The notes: generated by a model from the sequence alone, not told the origin. Shown: positions 44,851 through 55,066, counted from the stretch's first letter. The stretch: DNA of 64,000 nt from a virus (IMGVR_UViG_3300002448_000002:1569-65568); one strand, 5' to 3'. Made by a program: numbers and translations.

Positions 44851-45320
44851 TGGCACACGAAGTTTCAGCGACGTTAAGGGATGCCATTTATCGTGGCAGA
44901 ACTGAGCGTGTCTTCATCGTTCTTTTGAGCATCACGCATCCGAGGCTTACGGAAACCATACGCTTCAGTTCTGATGGCAGGGACACAGTATCCAATGGCA
45001 TTCGCTATCAGTCGTTTCCGTTCAGGATAGCTCTGCCGGATGACAGACAAAACGCGCAGCCTCGAGCGCAGCTGGAAATCCCAAATGTGGATTACAGCAT
45101 CATCACCTTTTTGAGAACGGTGCCCACGCCCGCCACGGTGGAAATTCGTGTCGTACTTGATTCGGATCCTAACAGGGTGGAAAGAGGCCCTTGGGTGATG
45201 GAGCTGGTGGACGTTTCATACACGATTGAGAGTGTGAGAGGGACGATACGCGCTCCGTCTCTATTGTCGGAGCCATTCCCCGCAGAATCATACAACGCGA
45301 CCGATTACATCGGCCTGTAA
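44850..45320 (+). CDS. Minor tail protein (gpL / DUF1833-like)
   Basis: LL.ITHP, Y..FPF.I.LP, A.L.I.NV, L.EPFP...Y. Confidence 0.78.
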   Translation: MAHEVSATLRDAIYRGRTERVFIVLLSITHPRLTETIRFSSDGRDTVSNGIRYQSFPFRIALPDDRQNAQPRAQLEIPNVDYSIITFLRTVPTPATVEIRVVLDSDPNRVERGPWVMELVDVSYTIESVRGTIRAPSLLSEPFPAESYNATDYIGL

Positions 45321-45778
45321 TGAACGATCACATACCAACGTGGATTAGGACGTACATCGGCATTCCGTTTGTTACGGGAGGTCGTGCGAGGTCTCAGGGG
45401 GTGGATTGCTGGGGCCTTGTGTGTCTCGTTTACGAAGAACAGTTTGGGATAGAGCTTCCACACTACTCGAACGGCTACGCGGATGTAGTTCGGGATTGCA
45501 AACAGATTAGTCGCTTGATTGAACGTCACAAAGAACCGATGTTTGAAGTGGTGACGGAAGACGTTTCGCCGAGTAACGGAGTAGTGGTGTTACTACATGA
45601 GCGTGGGCTTCCGCTTCATGTGGCACTTTACGCGGGAAAGGAAAACGGCACCAAGTACGTACTGCACACCACGCAAGATAGAGGCCACTCGTACCGGGAG
45701 AGGTTAAATGGACCAGAGCTTAGTTGTAGCGAACCAATCTTCTTCAGATATAAAGGAGGTGATCCCAAAGGAGGGTGA
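45320..45778 (+). CDS. NlpC/P60 tail-tip peptidase (gpK-like)
   Basis: YIGIPF..GGR....VDCWGLV..VY, HVALY, VLHT. Confidence 0.88.
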   Translation: MNDHIPTWIRTYIGIPFVTGGRARSQGVDCWGLVCLVYEEQFGIELPHYSNGYADVVRDCKQISRLIERHKEPMFEVVTEDVSPSNGVVVLLHERGLPLHVALYAGKENGTKYVLHTTQDRGHSYRERLNGPELSCSEPIFFRYKGGDPKGG

Positions 45779-47891
45779 CCTCATAGTATCCATTGGTGCG
45801 CTACCATTCGAGAGTGGTCTCCGCAAGGTTCTTATGGTGCCAGGAGGTGCTAGAAAGACAATTGCGGATATCCTCGGTCCCGTTCCCGAGTGCGATAGGC
45901 ATTCCATAACGGTGCAGTTCAAAGGGGAGGTGATACCAGAGGATCAGTGGGATACGTTTATGACGGGCGAAGAAAGGTACGCTTTGTACATTAACGTGGT
46001 GCCACACAATCGGAACGTCCTGGCAATCGTCGCGGCTGTCGCCCTGTACATTTTCGCCCCGTACGCTGCGGCGTACATCGCAGGTGCATCTTCTGGGTTT
46101 GCTTACACAGCAGCTTTGGCAGGTGTTACGGTAGTTGGTTCCTACGCTATTGGGCAGATGTTGGGCCCCGAGGTTGGTGGTCAGAATGACATCACAAGGG
46201 ATCCGCAAAGGTTTGGCATTCAGTCCACGCAGAACTCAGTACCTTCCCGGCGCAATTCTGTTCTGTGCGTTATGGGTACCCATAGGGTAGCGCCTTATTT
46301 TGCTTGTAGGCCTTACGTGTTTGTGGATGGTCCAGATACACTTGTCTTCAGAGGTTTGTATGATTTTGGTTACGGTCCAATAGATTTTGATGTAGACAGT
46401 TTTAGATTTGGAGACTCTGCAATTTCAGGTTTTCAAAATGCCACTGTTGTCACTCACGAAGGTTTGCCAAACACTTTAAGTGAACTATCGGATTTTTCGG
46501 AAACGCATGACCAGCGGCAAGTAAACAAACAGCTGGAAGGCACTTCTGAGGGTGCTGGTGAGTGGTCCGAGTTTTCATACAAGCCGGGGGTAAATAGAGC
46601 TGTATTGATTGTATCTTTCAATTCTTTGCTCAGACTTAGCAAGAAGGGGGACAAAGAAAACAGAACTGTTACTTTTGAGATTCAAAAGAAGGAAGGAACT
46701 GGAGTGTGGTCAAACAGCAATGAAGTGAGTGCTACTGCTGCTACGACTTCACAGCACTTTCTTGAAATGAACATTTCATTGACTACAAATGTAGGAGGTT
46801 CGATAAGGATTAGAAGATCAACATCGAACGAAGATGATGTAAGAGTTCAAGACGTTTCTATTCTTACTCATGTAGATTTCATAACTCCTGAGACACCTGT
46901 AAAGGCGCTGGGCAGAGCACTTGCTTTCGTTCAAATAACAGCCGACAGAAATTTGAATAACATAGTGCAGACATTTACGGCCATTTGCACTCGCAAGATT
47001 CCGTTTTACCAAGGTGGAGCGTGGACGGCTCCTAGGGGTGGTGCAGGAGCGTCGAGTCCTGCATGGCAGTTCGCCTCAATCCTTCGTGGCCCTGGTATCG
47101 TGGCTCCCATACCAGATGAAAACATAGACGCGGAGGCCTTGGCAGAGTGGGCCTCTCGCTGCGCTACAAGGGGTTACCGGTACGATGGTGTGTGGAACAA
47201 TGCGGAAGGTATCTGGGATCGTTTGAATACTGTAGCGGCGTGTGGTCGCGCTTCGGCTACATTGGTAGACGGGAAGGTGTACAGTGTGGTGGTTGACCAG
47301 GAAAAGACAGTGCCGGTAGACCTGATCACCCCCAAGGATACCTTGCAGTTTACCGGAACAAAAGCCTTTAAGGATCCACCGCACGGGTTCAGAGGTTTCT
47401 ATAACGACAGGGACAACGAATATCAAGAATCCGAGATCACCGTTTACGGGCCTGGTAGAAACGAAACGAACAGCACGAACATTGTCGCTGTTCAGTTAGC
47501 ACCTTTGGGGATAACCACTGCGGCAGAGGTACACAAGTTTCTCAGATATCTGCTTGCGAACGAATTGCTGCGTCCTGAATCTTTCAGGGTCATCCAGGAC
47601 ATAAAGCATTTGAGATTGCAGAGAGGGGATTACGTAGACCTCCTGTACGATGCGCCGTTGATCGGTCTGGGAGCCGCGAGGTTGATAGAGACCGACGCTT
47701 CCCGTAGAGGGGATGGTAGGTGGGGCGCGTTTTCCTTGGAGGAAGATATTGAACTTAGCACAGGGCAGAATCACACCGTTCGGTTTCAAACATTGTCCGG
47801 TGAGGCTGTGATTCTGCCCATTGTGAAATCTCGCAACGTTTCGATTCCTACACAAAGTGTTCGAGTCCAGGCAACTGGTGTTCGTGATTAA
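45708..47891 (+). CDS. Tail tip / host-specificity J-like protein, N-terminal part (gpI-like plus hub)
   Basis: Ubiquitin-like N-terminus and hydrophobic segment, GTHRVAP, YDFGYGP, SSPAWQF..IL, L.EWA..C, ITP.D..QF, RPESF, LQRGD.V; stops inside the hub domain; start uncertain. Confidence 0.85.
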   Translation: MDQSLVVANQSSSDIKEVIPKEGDLIVSIGALPFESGLRKVLMVPGGARKTIADILGPVPECDRHSITVQFKGEVIPEDQWDTFMTGEERYALYINVVPHNRNVLAIVAAVALYIFAPYAAAYIAGASSGFAYTAALAGVTVVGSYAIGQMLGPEVGGQNDITRDPQRFGIQSTQNSVPSRRNSVLCVMGTHRVAPYFACRPYVFVDGPDTLVFRGLYDFGYGPIDFDVDSFRFGDSAISGFQNATVVTHEGLPNTLSELSDFSETHDQRQVNKQLEGTSEGAGEWSEFSYKPGVNRAVLIVSFNSLLRLSKKGDKENRTVTFEIQKKEGTGVWSNSNEVSATAATTSQHFLEMNISLTTNVGGSIRIRRSTSNEDDVRVQDVSILTHVDFITPETPVKALGRALAFVQITADRNLNNIVQTFTAICTRKIPFYQGGAWTAPRGGAGASSPAWQFASILRGPGIVAPIPDENIDAEALAEWASRCATRGYRYDGVWNNAEGIWDRLNTVAACGRASATLVDGKVYSVVVDQEKTVPVDLITPKDTLQFTGTKAFKDPPHGFRGFYNDRDNEYQESEITVYGPGRNETNSTNIVAVQLAPLGITTAAEVHKFLRYLLANELLRPESFRVIQDIKHLRLQRGDYVDLLYDAPLIGLGAARLIETDASRRGDGRWGAFSLEEDIELSTGQNHTVRFQTLSGEAVILPIVKSRNVSIPTQSVRVQATGVRD

Positions 47892-47903
47892 GGAGGAAGT
47901 GAA

Positions 47904-48665
47904 ATGGGACTGAAATTGGCAGGCGCACGGAGAGTCAACCGCGGCGGGTTCTTCGGTACGGGAATCTACCTGGCTGCAATGTCAGATGGCAGCACGGAGT
48001 TCCCGGCAGCGGGAGCTTATGCTCGCGTAGGCTCAACGAATATAGCGCGGTGGGAAGCGGATGCCGTGAACGGGTGGCACGTGAATTTGGACGCTCTGGA
48101 TTTCCCCGAGCCTTCGGCGGTTCTGGGTGCCCCCGCATTCGGCGGTTTTTATGACGCCCAAGCGTCTGGCAACTTGCTGTTCACTGCGGACTTGACGGGT
48201 GATCCAGCAGCTCCGGGACTGGGCGCATCTTTCGGAGCCGACGCCCGAAGCATGAGACTCCGTTTCAACGGAGTCGGTTCGAAGCTTACGCCCAGAGGTT
48301 CCATCCTGGCATTCACAGAAGGCATAGTCGGTGGGACGTCAACCACGCGGTACGTGAGCGTTCATTCTGCGGAACCGGACGCTACAGGCTCAAACCAGGA
48401 GGACGATAGCGTTCCAATCGCGCAGACGGCTTGGTCCGAGGTAGGAACTCAGCAGAATTCGATTCGCAACAATGCGGCGGTTGATTTTGGTATTCAGGCG
48501 ACGGACCTCCCCGACCTCATGTGGGTGGCCTTGCGAGAAGGTGCGGCGGCGAACTCAGCAGTGCTGTGGAAGGACGCTTTCGACAACAACCCGGACGACC
48601 CGGCTGTTGGGGACCGTCTCACATTCCCCGAAAACATGATCACGATCACGGCGACCATAGACTAA
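47904..48665 (+). CDS. Tail-associated protein with two tandem beta-domains
   Basis: Duplicated ...F..P.A...GFYDAQASGNLLF and N.AAVDF..QAT......VAL.EGAAA...L...GD...F modules; AGGAGG RBS. Confidence 0.6.
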   Translation: MGLKLAGARRVNRGGFFGTGIYLAAMSDGSTEFPAAGAYARVGSTNIARWEADAVNGWHVNLDALDFPEPSAVLGAPAFGGFYDAQASGNLLFTADLTGDPAAPGLGASFGADARSMRLRFNGVGSKLTPRGSILAFTEGIVGGTSTTRYVSVHSAEPDATGSNQEDDSVPIAQTAWSEVGTQQNSIRNNAAVDFGIQATDLPDLMWVALREGAAANSAVLWKDAFDNNPDDPAVGDRLTFPENMITITATID

Positions 48666-48703
48666 CCAAGTTCTGAACTGGACTGGTAGGACGGAGAACC
48701 GCC

Positions 48704-51700
48704 ATGGCCGCCGGTGACGTCTACGCGGTAGTTCCTAGCACGTCTTCTGGCGCGAACAGATTGCGTCGCCGCAGCGGGTGGGCCGGCGTGTGGGACAGAG
48801 GCATCACTCCTCCGTCTACAAACAGCAGTGGAATGGCTTTCGATCCGGCAGGTAATCTATATGTATCGGATGCCAGTAGGAATCGTATTTACCGTCGCGC
48901 AGGAGGTTATTCGGGATCTTCTTGGGACGCGGGGATAACTCCTCCATCGGGTGTAGGAGGGAGTATTTTCGGCATTGCGTTCGATTCGGCAGGAAACCTC
49001 TATTGTGTATTTGGGAATTTCCCAAATCAAAGAATCTATCGCCGAGCAGGAGGTTATTCGGGGCCATCTTGGGATGCAGGCATATCTACCCCAGGTGGTA
49101 CTAGTATTTTCGGCATTGCGTTCGATTCGGCAGGAAACCTTTATTGTGTAGGAGGTACAAATCCAGACAGAATTTATCGCCGTACAGGAGGTTACTCGGG
49201 AAGTTCCTGGGATGCGGGCGTTACTCCACCGAGTAATAGTTCATACGGTATAGCTTTCGATGCAGACGACCGCATATACGCTAACAATTTCGGTTCCGGA
49301 AGAATATTTCGTCGCACTAATTACACGACCGGGGTTTGGAATAACGATAGCATTACAGACGGCACTACGGGATCGGGTGTCCCACGCGCTCGTGCCATAG
49401 CGATAGAACCTGCAGCCTCAACACCCTCTGCTACTACTGTACTTCTAAACACACCAGGTGCCGGAAATTGGGTTGTTCCTCAAAATGTTCGTTCTTTAGA
49501 TGTAGAGCTTGTTGGTGGTGGTGGTAGAGGAGCGGACGCCGCTGTAGGAGGCAGAGGCGGCGCGGGACGCGGAGGAGGTGATAGCACTTTCGGTACGTTG
49601 TCAGCAGAAGGTGGTGGTGGTGGGGGTGCTGGTGGAAGCTCATTTAATGGTTTTTCAGGAGGTGCAGGAGGAGGACCAGCAGGTGGAGGTGGAGGTGGAG
49701 CTGCACAATCTCAAGCTGGTGGAGGTGGAGCCGGTTCAGACGGAGGGTCGGCCGGAACTTCAGGGGACATCGGTACCCGTTCAGGTGGCGGAGGGAATGG
49801 TCCGTCGGGAGGTACAGGAGGTGTAGGGCGCGCAATAGGAACTGGACGCGGTATTGGAGCAGGTGGTGGAGGAGGCGGAGCTAGTGGTGGTAGAGCATCA
49901 GGTGGTGACACCAATATAGATGGTGGTGATGGTGATGGAGTTCCGGGCGAAGCCTCCGACAATCCCGGTACAAGCGGTGGCAGTGGTAGGTCCGGGGCAG
50001 CTGCTATTTCAGGACTGTCCAATTATGGAGCAGGCAGAGGTGGTACCGGTTCCACTGTACAAGCTCAAGATGGTGGAGCGGGTGGCGGTGGCGGTGGTGC
50101 TTATGTACGTAAAAATTCTGTTTCCGTCACACCAGGGCAATCTATAGCTTACACCGTCGGAGCCGCAGGCGGCTCCGGTGCTCAAGGTGGTGCTATTCGT
50201 ATAAGGTACACGATTGATACTAGCACCCCAGCAGCACCTTCTTTCGACGACGCTACCGGAGACGCAGTAACTTGGGTGTCGGGTAGGACCATCCCGCCCA
50301 TTAGCGTCCCGCAAGCGAATGGTAATCCTGCACCAACGTATGCTGTTGTAGGCAATCTTCCAACTGGAATAGCGTTTGATGCAACTAATGTAGAAGCACT
50401 ACGAATTACAGGTGCCCCGGTAGGGCGTCCATCAGGTACCATCACAATACGTGCCACAAATTCCGAAGGCACAGCCGATTGGACTATTGATTACTCGACG
50501 GACCCGGCGCCACCTGCTGGAGTACTGACGGAAACTGCAGGAGATGGAGGCACCGGTAGTACTTTCATAACTTTTAATATGGTTCCTGGTTTTCTAATTC
50601 CAGCTTCCCTAGTTGCAGGAGGAGCCACAGCCTACCTCGTCAGGGTAGAGCTCATTCCGGACCTTGGCAATGTTTCGTTGTACACTAATGCCTCTACGGT
50701 ATCGTCCGTATTTAGTGGATTGACTTCCGGACCCGAGCTTACGGAATTATGGGAGCAGTATGCTGAAGCGCTGACAATAAGCGCAGGTGGTAGAAACCTT
50801 GTAATACCTGGTCCTAATGCTGCGGGATTAAGCACACGAGATTCTACCGAACCCTATTCCTGGGCGGTCGCGGAAGGTGCCGCACGAGATGAGTTCCGCG
50901 CGTTTCATACGGCGTACCGGGCGTTATCGCTGGCTGCCCGGAACGCTACAACGGTCACTCTTCGAGATGGACCACTACCTGTAGCACCGTCATGGAATAC
51001 CGACACCGGTCCCGCTATTACCGGTGTAGCAACAAACGCCATCGCCCCGATCATAATTCCAGCAGTTGACGTTGGCATTCCTGATCCAACTTACGAAGCC
51101 TCCGGGGTTCCTGCTGGGCTAGCATTCAACCCCGTCACTAGGGAGCTTAGTGGTACACCGGCTGCCGCTGGCACAGGTACGATCACGATCACCGCGACGA
51201 ACAGCGCAGGGTCGGATACGTACACTCGGAACTATGCGTTCACGGACCCGAATCAAGCGCCTGCGGTAGCCATCGCAACGCAGGCGCAAACGGTAGACGG
51301 TGGTGCTGTAGTGCAGCTAGCGGCGATGGCTAGCGACGCCGATGGAACGATTGTTAGACAGCAGTGGACGGCAGCTAGAGGGGCGTTTTCAAACGCAGCT
51401 ATTTTAGGACCTACTTGGACGGCTCCAGCACGTACTAATCAACGGCAGCCAATCACCCTTAGGCTCACCGTAACGGACGACGACGGAGCGACCGCATTTG
51501 CTGAAGTAGTAATTACTGTTCGCACAAACGTCCTGTCTGATTGGGTAGTGCCTCAAGGTGAAGAACAGGCGTGTGCTGCGGTGATACAGGTCGCTCGCAA
51601 CGGTGACCTGAGATTCCTGAATGGTGTGATACTAGATGGTGACTTGGAGCTCACGGACAACTTCGCATTTGATCGTGTAGGAGCCTATCCAAATCCGAAC

Positions 51701-54700
51701 CGAGCTAACTTTGCGGATGCTGTAGGCACGGCGATCAACGCCCGCACTTTGTTCGCAGGAAGCGGAGACTTCTCAGAAGGAACGATTTATGTACAAGATA
51801 CGGCTGGTGTAGTAGGTGAAGACGTTGCAGACATCCCCGACGCACAGCGTGGAGGGGCAGGAATCAACGTCCTGCAATCCGAAAACGCTGAGCTGTTCAA
51901 CAAGGTTAACGGATGGCAGACAGGCGACAATGTAATAGTAGCGTTTACCATTCCTCTCGTTGTACGTATAGCAGCCGACTTCGAGGCCAAGATAGAAGGT
52001 TCGTCGAGTCTTTCGATAACAGAACCAAATTCTGTCCGTATTGCAGCCGACTTTGAAGCCTCGGTAATCGGTGATTCAAGGTTAGATGTAGTAGAACCTG
52101 ATGCAGTAAGGATTGCAGCCGACTTTGAGGCTGTGGTAGAAGGTTCGTCTCAGTTAGTTGTTACGAACCCAGTTCGTATCTCGGCCGACTTCGAGGTTAC
52201 TGTAGCAGGTACATCGGCTCTCTCAGTAGTAGGGCCGGATGCAGTTCGAATCGCAGCCGACTTCGAGGCTACTGTAGCAGGTAGAAGTGAACTGCATCTA
52301 GTTCTGTCTTCATTAGACTTGTCCTTATTTGATCGAACTAGAAAAACAGTAGACTTTGCAGCTCTTATCCGACGTTCTAGTGACACCTATCTATATGCTG
52401 ACAGTAGCCGATTAGGAACTGATTCACCTGTAGAGGGAGAGGTTGGATTTGGTAGCAGTGAGACATTGATTTCTCGCATTTGGTGGCGTGAAAACAGTTG
52501 GTTGGAGTTCAACGACGATGACTCACCAAGCGCTGCGAACATAGGGGACTATTTCGGTCCTTCTGGTGCTGGTCATAGTCAAGCTCTGTACTTGATTACC
52601 AAGGACGGTAGAGCCGGTGTCAGGGTAGCAGACATCTATTCCTCCACGTATCCTGGAGGAGGCAACAGCATTCAGTTTGGTAGGGATTCTAGTAACCCGA
52701 TTCCAAACGACATGCTGATGTTGTTCAATTCTATAGGAGTAGGTGACAGTTTCATTATTGCCCTTGCACAGTCTGACCCAGTTCGAATCGCAGCCGACTT
52801 CGAAGCTGCGGTGATAGGTGATTCGAGATTAGATGTAGTAGGGCCGGATGCAGTTAGAATCGCAGCCGATTTTGAAGCTACCGTAGCAGGTACATCGGCC
52901 CTATCCATAACAGAACCTGATGCAGTAAGGATTGCAGCCGATTTTGAGGCCGTGGTAGCAGGTTCGTCCCAGTTAGGAATCACGCAAGGTGTCCGTATCG
53001 CAGCCGATTTTGAAGCTACCGTAGCAGGTACATCGGCCCTATCCATAACAGAACCTGATGCAGTAAGGATTGCAGCCGATTTTGAGGCCGTGGTAGCAGG
53101 TTCATCCGACTTGTCGATTGCAGGTCCCGTCCGAATCGCAGCTGACTTCGAAGCATACGTAGAGGGTTCGTCGAACTTAGTCATTGAGGTAGGTGTCCAC
53201 AGACTTCGTTTCAATTTGAATTTGGGAGTTCCCGGAGACTGGTTGTTGGGTGGGGTTGACGGGTTTGTTAACCAGTTGCTTATTTATGACGACGGGGACG
53301 TGGAGCTTCGACTCAGGTCCGGCATACAGTTCACCACAGAGGCTCTCAATAACCTGCAGCTATCTTTTGGTGGTGTAACCGTAAGAGGGCTACAAGTAGG
53401 TAGGTGGACTCCGTCCAATACGGATGCGGTGCTCGCATTCTATAACTCGTATGACGGATCTGCGTCGGCAGACATTTCTCTTACCTTCCCACAAAGAAGC
53501 GCAGAGCCTGATTTTGATTACCAGTTGGTTTCCCCGCAGCCGCTTGGATCCTCGCCTCCCATAGATTCAATGGGTGCGATTGGAGTTACCAATCGAGTCA
53601 CTCTGGAATGCTTGGTGGAGGGGATTCGGTCCATAAACGACCTGTCCGCAGAAGTATTCCTGGTGCCCTTGTCCAATGCGATTCATGATGCTGAGACAGG
53701 TCCCATACCTCCATACGACCCGAAGCTTACAGTTCCTTATGGGTTGTTGCCTCAGCTCTTGGAGATTCCTAGGGATGGATTGCCTGGGGCGGATGCTGTA
53801 GAGTGGTTCAATGGTAACGACGCCCCCACGGATGATATAGGGGATGACGGAGACTTTTATTTACAGACGTCCAATTCGGACGTGTGGGAAAAGAGGAATG
53901 GTTCGTGGGTAGTGGTAGCCAGCTTTAAGGGGGCGCAAGGTGCTACATGGTTTACAGGACCGGGACAACCCGCAGCCAGCCTCGGGGGTGACGGGGACTA
54001 CTACTTCCAGACTTCGGACGCATCTATATGGAGAAAGGATGCTGGTGTTTGGACGTACTTGGTAGACATTGACGGAGCCGACGGAGCCACGTGGCACTCG
54101 GCATCCGGTGTACCGGCATCCACATTGGGCAAGCTTGGAGACTTCTACTTCCGAACTGACCAAGGTTATGTGTACGAAAAGATAGGTACCATGACTTGGA
54201 TGTTCTTGTACGACCTGACAGGTCCACAAGGAATAAGAGGGGCAACCTGGCACACAGGTGCAGGTAATCCCTTGCCTCGCCACGGTGTAGATGGAGATTT
54301 GTGGTTCAATCATTCGAATAGCACAGTGTGGTCTAAGGCTGGAGGTGTTTGGTCTCAAATAGCGGATTTGGCAGGAGCCGACGGAGCAACTTGGTATTCG
54401 GGTTCCGGTATTCCAAGTAACTCTCTAGGTAACAATGGAGATTGGTACTTCCGTACTTCTACAGCTACTATATGGAGAAAAGCGAGTGGTACTTGGTTTC
54501 GGCAGGTAGACATTGATGGAGCAGATGGAGCAGACGGAGCAACTTGGTATTCAGGTTCTGGTGCCCCATCAGCCAGTTTGGGCAGGGTAGGAGATTGGTA
54601 CTTCCGTACTTCGAATGGTTGGGTGTATCAAAAGACTTCTAACTTTGTGTGGACCTTCCGCAGAGACATTACAGGCCCGCAAGGCCCGCAAGGTGACCCC

Positions 54701-55057
54701 GCGGAAATTCCCGGTGCTATTGGAGGAACAAGAACTATACCAGAAGGTAGTTTTGTTGCGGTATATACGGCACCTGTCGGAGTAACTCCATCTTCTGGTA
54801 CGTACACTACAATAGCGTTTACTTACACACAAACAGGTGCTAGTAGCATAAGAGTAGGTTCAGCACTTATACCTTACGCTACAAGCTCTCGAACAGCAAG
54901 GGTAGCTATTTCCTCGGAGGGAGGAACCAGTAGAAGTGATCCTATTTTTCTTTATGCTTATTGGTCGGCAAGGGTACTATATATAGGACGTTCAGGAAGT
55001 GTTACATTGAGTAATGCTACATTTCAACGAGCAGCCATCATCCAGACTACTTCGTAG
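48704..55057 (+). CDS. Giant (2117 aa) multi-repeat tail fibre/adhesin carrying the J-like C-terminal segment
   Basis: NHL-like propeller blades, Gly-rich linker, Ig/PKD-like modules, 11 VRIAADFE repeats, LECLVEGI..NDLSA..LVP...IHDAETG.IP.YDP, six GATW fibre repeats. Confidence 0.78.
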   Translation: MAAGDVYAVVPSTSSGANRLRRRSGWAGVWDRGITPPSTNSSGMAFDPAGNLYVSDASRNRIYRRAGGYSGSSWDAGITPPSGVGGSIFGIAFDSAGNLYCVFGNFPNQRIYRRAGGYSGPSWDAGISTPGGTSIFGIAFDSAGNLYCVGGTNPDRIYRRTGGYSGSSWDAGVTPPSNSSYGIAFDADDRIYANNFGSGRIFRRTNYTTGVWNNDSITDGTTGSGVPRARAIAIEPAASTPSATTVLLNTPGAGNWVVPQNVRSLDVELVGGGGRGADAAVGGRGGAGRGGGDSTFGTLSAEGGGGGGAGGSSFNGFSGGAGGGPAGGGGGGAAQSQAGGGGAGSDGGSAGTSGDIGTRSGGGGNGPSGGTGGVGRAIGTGRGIGAGGGGGGASGGRASGGDTNIDGGDGDGVPGEASDNPGTSGGSGRSGAAAISGLSNYGAGRGGTGSTVQAQDGGAGGGGGGAYVRKNSVSVTPGQSIAYTVGAAGGSGAQGGAIRIRYTIDTSTPAAPSFDDATGDAVTWVSGRTIPPISVPQANGNPAPTYAVVGNLPTGIAFDATNVEALRITGAPVGRPSGTITIRATNSEGTADWTIDYSTDPAPPAGVLTETAGDGGTGSTFITFNMVPGFLIPASLVAGGATAYLVRVELIPDLGNVSLYTNASTVSSVFSGLTSGPELTELWEQYAEALTISAGGRNLVIPGPNAAGLSTRDSTEPYSWAVAEGAARDEFRAFHTAYRALSLAARNATTVTLRDGPLPVAPSWNTDTGPAITGVATNAIAPIIIPAVDVGIPDPTYEASGVPAGLAFNPVTRELSGTPAAAGTGTITITATNSAGSDTYTRNYAFTDPNQAPAVAIATQAQTVDGGAVVQLAAMASDADGTIVRQQWTAARGAFSNAAILGPTWTAPARTNQRQPITLRLTVTDDDGATAFAEVVITVRTNVLSDWVVPQGEEQACAAVIQVARNGDLRFLNGVILDGDLELTDNFAFDRVGAYPNPNRANFADAVGTAINARTLFAGSGDFSEGTIYVQDTAGVVGEDVADIPDAQRGGAGINVLQSENAELFNKVNGWQTGDNVIVAFTIPLVVRIAADFEAKIEGSSSLSITEPNSVRIAADFEASVIGDSRLDVVEPDAVRIAADFEAVVEGSSQLVVTNPVRISADFEVTVAGTSALSVVGPDAVRIAADFEATVAGRSELHLVLSSLDLSLFDRTRKTVDFAALIRRSSDTYLYADSSRLGTDSPVEGEVGFGSSETLISRIWWRENSWLEFNDDDSPSAANIGDYFGPSGAGHSQALYLITKDGRAGVRVADIYSSTYPGGGNSIQFGRDSSNPIPNDMLMLFNSIGVGDSFIIALAQSDPVRIAADFEAAVIGDSRLDVVGPDAVRIAADFEATVAGTSALSITEPDAVRIAADFEAVVAGSSQLGITQGVRIAADFEATVAGTSALSITEPDAVRIAADFEAVVAGSSDLSIAGPVRIAADFEAYVEGSSNLVIEVGVHRLRFNLNLGVPGDWLLGGVDGFVNQLLIYDDGDVELRLRSGIQFTTEALNNLQLSFGGVTVRGLQVGRWTPSNTDAVLAFYNSYDGSASADISLTFPQRSAEPDFDYQLVSPQPLGSSPPIDSMGAIGVTNRVTLECLVEGIRSINDLSAEVFLVPLSNAIHDAETGPIPPYDPKLTVPYGLLPQLLEIPRDGLPGADAVEWFNGNDAPTDDIGDDGDFYLQTSNSDVWEKRNGSWVVVASFKGAQGATWFTGPGQPAASLGGDGDYYFQTSDASIWRKDAGVWTYLVDIDGADGATWHSASGVPASTLGKLGDFYFRTDQGYVYEKIGTMTWMFLYDLTGPQGIRGATWHTGAGNPLPRHGVDGDLWFNHSNSTVWSKAGGVWSQIADLAGADGATWYSGSGIPSNSLGNNGDWYFRTSTATIWRKASGTWFRQVDIDGADGADGATWYSGSGAPSASLGRVGDWYFRTSNGWVYQKTSNFVWTFRRDITGPQGPQGDPAEIPGAIGGTRTIPEGSFVAVYTAPVGVTPSSGTYTTIAFTYTQTGASSIRVGSALIPYATSSRTARVAISSEGGTSRSDPIFLYAYWSARVLYIGRSGSVTLSNATFQRAAIIQTTS
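48790..49300 (+). repeat. NHL-like beta-propeller repeats (RIYRRAGGYSG.SWDAGI.P / FGIAFDSAGNL)
   Basis: About four tandem 45-48 aa units, partly identical at DNA level. Confidence 0.8.
51961..53190 (+). repeat. 11 copies of a 22-24 aa VRIAADFEA repeat in two clusters (5+6)
   Basis: Counted in the translation; a roughly 100-bp DNA unit recurs near-exactly at about 52860 and 52998 (138-bp period). Confidence 0.85.
53800..54700 (+). repeat. Six roughly 48-aa GADGATW..G.G.P...G..GD.YF.T fibre repeats
   Basis: Counted in the translation. Confidence 0.85.
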
Positions 55058-55066
55058 GGGGTTACT

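Noticed and set aside
47880-48720. Stop-codon recoding or intron/intein as the explanation for the J break
   Set aside because: The TAA is followed by a strong RBS and an intact separate gene; TAA, TAG and TGA all end genes normally elsewhere; no intein (C...HN) or group I/II intron motifs recognised.
51961-53190. Regularly spaced ~30-bp near-identical DNA repeats (GCAGCCGA(C/T)TT(C/T)GA) resembling a CRISPR array
   Set aside because: They are in-frame coding repeats (VRIAADFEA) with synonymous third-position variation; the spacers are themselves homologous; no cas genes.
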